Below are positions 62,646-64,000 of a DNA stretch of 64,000 nucleotides, piece by piece (the stretch's first letter is position 1; each line of letters opens with the position of its first letter). The notes beneath the pieces are model-generated. The model was not told the origin of the DNA, did not search any database, and saw nothing but the letters and a program-made list of their open reading frames with translations. Position numbers and translations under genes: made by a program. Source of the stretch: Lama guanicoe (lineage: Eukaryota); contig MU053881.1 in the NCBI GenBank assembly GCA_013239625.1, forward strand, positions 5,043,957-5,107,956, in the 5' to 3' direction.

Positions 62646-64000
62646 CCGCACAAAACGGATTACACTGGCCACCTAATTTTAAAATTCAATACTATCTCTT
62701 AGGCAGCTCAGCCAGCCCACGGTCATCTGTCACATCTTATCCAAAGGAGGAGTGTTAGGACTATTCTTGAAGGTCAGATCTTATGTCCACGCGTGGCTTC
62801 TGCTGCTGGAAGGGCCTGCCATCATTCACCTGTTCATTTTTTAGGTGCATTTATTGGATTCTTGCAATAGTCCGCCTCCCAACCCCACTCCCATGTCCTC
62901 CTGTGAATCTGTCCTCGGTTCAGCCGCCCTGGTGCTTACCTCTCTCCCCTGCTCACAGCTCTCCAGCACCCCCGTCTCTCTGGGCTCACAGGCTGAGGCC
63001 CCATTCACACCCTCAGCCTCTCTCCTGTCTCACTCATGCTTACTCAGACTCAGTGATCGTCTCCTGTTCTTCAGATGAGCCTCCATGCCCCCACCTCACC
63101 CCCTGAGCACTTGCCCATCACTGGGCTTGGGAACCCTCCCCTGGTACCAGCAACCCTCATCTTGGGGCTCTCACTGAGGTCTTCCCTGGCTGTCCTATTT
63201 GGAAGTCAGCCCCTCTCCACCCTAAGCATCCTCTATTCTTCTCCCCTGTTTTATTTTCCCCAACGCTTAGCGCCAGCTGACACATTGTGAATTTTGCTTT
63301 TTTATTTGTTTATGGGCTGTTGCCCCTTCTCCCTCCCACTAGAATGCCAGTTTCATGAGTGCCTTTTTAATCTCTATTATTTTAACCCCTTGGCACAGCT
63401 CCACAATCTCTGTCATTCTCAGGACAGGTCCTGGCAGATCAGAGATGCTCACTAAACACTGGCTGAATTGAGTGGAACACGGAAGTTGATTTCTGTGGCT
63501 GTGCTGAGTCCTTGCCGGTTGGAGAGGGAGAAGCACTTCCTTTAACCCAACCCTGAAGACCCTTCATGAGTTAACCTTCTGACCACTCCAGCCTCTTGGC
63601 TGGCCCTTTTGCTGCCTGGCCCTCTTTGTCCCCCAGATGCCACAGTGCACCACTGGTGACACCCAGGTCCCCCAAAGGCCACGTCTCGTCATGCGATCTC
63701 TGTCCAGAGAATTCTAACCCTGGGTGACTTTTTATTGGTTTTCTGGGCTCAGCTGTGAGTGCTCACTCCTGCAGGTGTTATGTTCTCACCTGGCCAGGTG
63801 GCATGACTTCTGGGCTCCTCGAGTCCCCTGGGCTACACTCTCTCTGGTCTCTATCTGTCCCCCCTCTCCCAGAGGCTTGTTTCTTCCTCTGCCTTCCTGG
63901 GGGCTCATGACCCAGGAACCTGGCACACAGTAGGGCTCCCACGTGGATACAGAGTAAGAGAGTGAAAGGCAGAGTGGCAATTAGAGCGGATGGAGGTGGA

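Noticed and set aside
1..64000. A novel multi-gene biological system
   Set aside because: Apart from two ERGIC1 exons I found no credible coding or structured RNA genes. The window is explained by intron, promoter, repeats and candidate enhancers.

Overview
This is mammalian genomic DNA, most likely from a camelid. It carries three tRNA-derived Vic-1-type SINEs and cetartiodactyl-style L1 3' ends, and I saw no Alu, Bov-tA or PRE-1. The only gene I can support is the 5' part of ERGIC1 on the minus strand: a CpG-island promoter and 5' UTR at about 45.8-46.6 kb, coding exon 1 (46109-46128, MPFDFR[R]), a 46,035-nt intron 1 and the 62-nt exon 2 (12-73, [R]FDIYRKVPKDLTQPTYTGAI). The gene continues off the left edge. 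The rest is intron and upstream intergenic sequence dominated by fossil transposons (L1, L2, MIR, hAT MITEs, MaLR/ERVL/ERV1 LTRs) and simple repeats. The 82-N gap in the ERGIC1 5' UTR is flanked by a 70-bp duplication that is probably an assembly artefact. I found no convincing novel biological system. The best second-look items are a twin-primed L1 inversion, a solo ERV LTR nested in an L2, a palindromic 3-copy minisatellite, a 5' UTR G-quadruplex motif and several motif clusters that could be enhancers. In human, DUSP1 lies head-to-head with ERGIC1. Repeat subfamily names come from my recall of consensus sequences, not from a search, and their boundaries are approximate.
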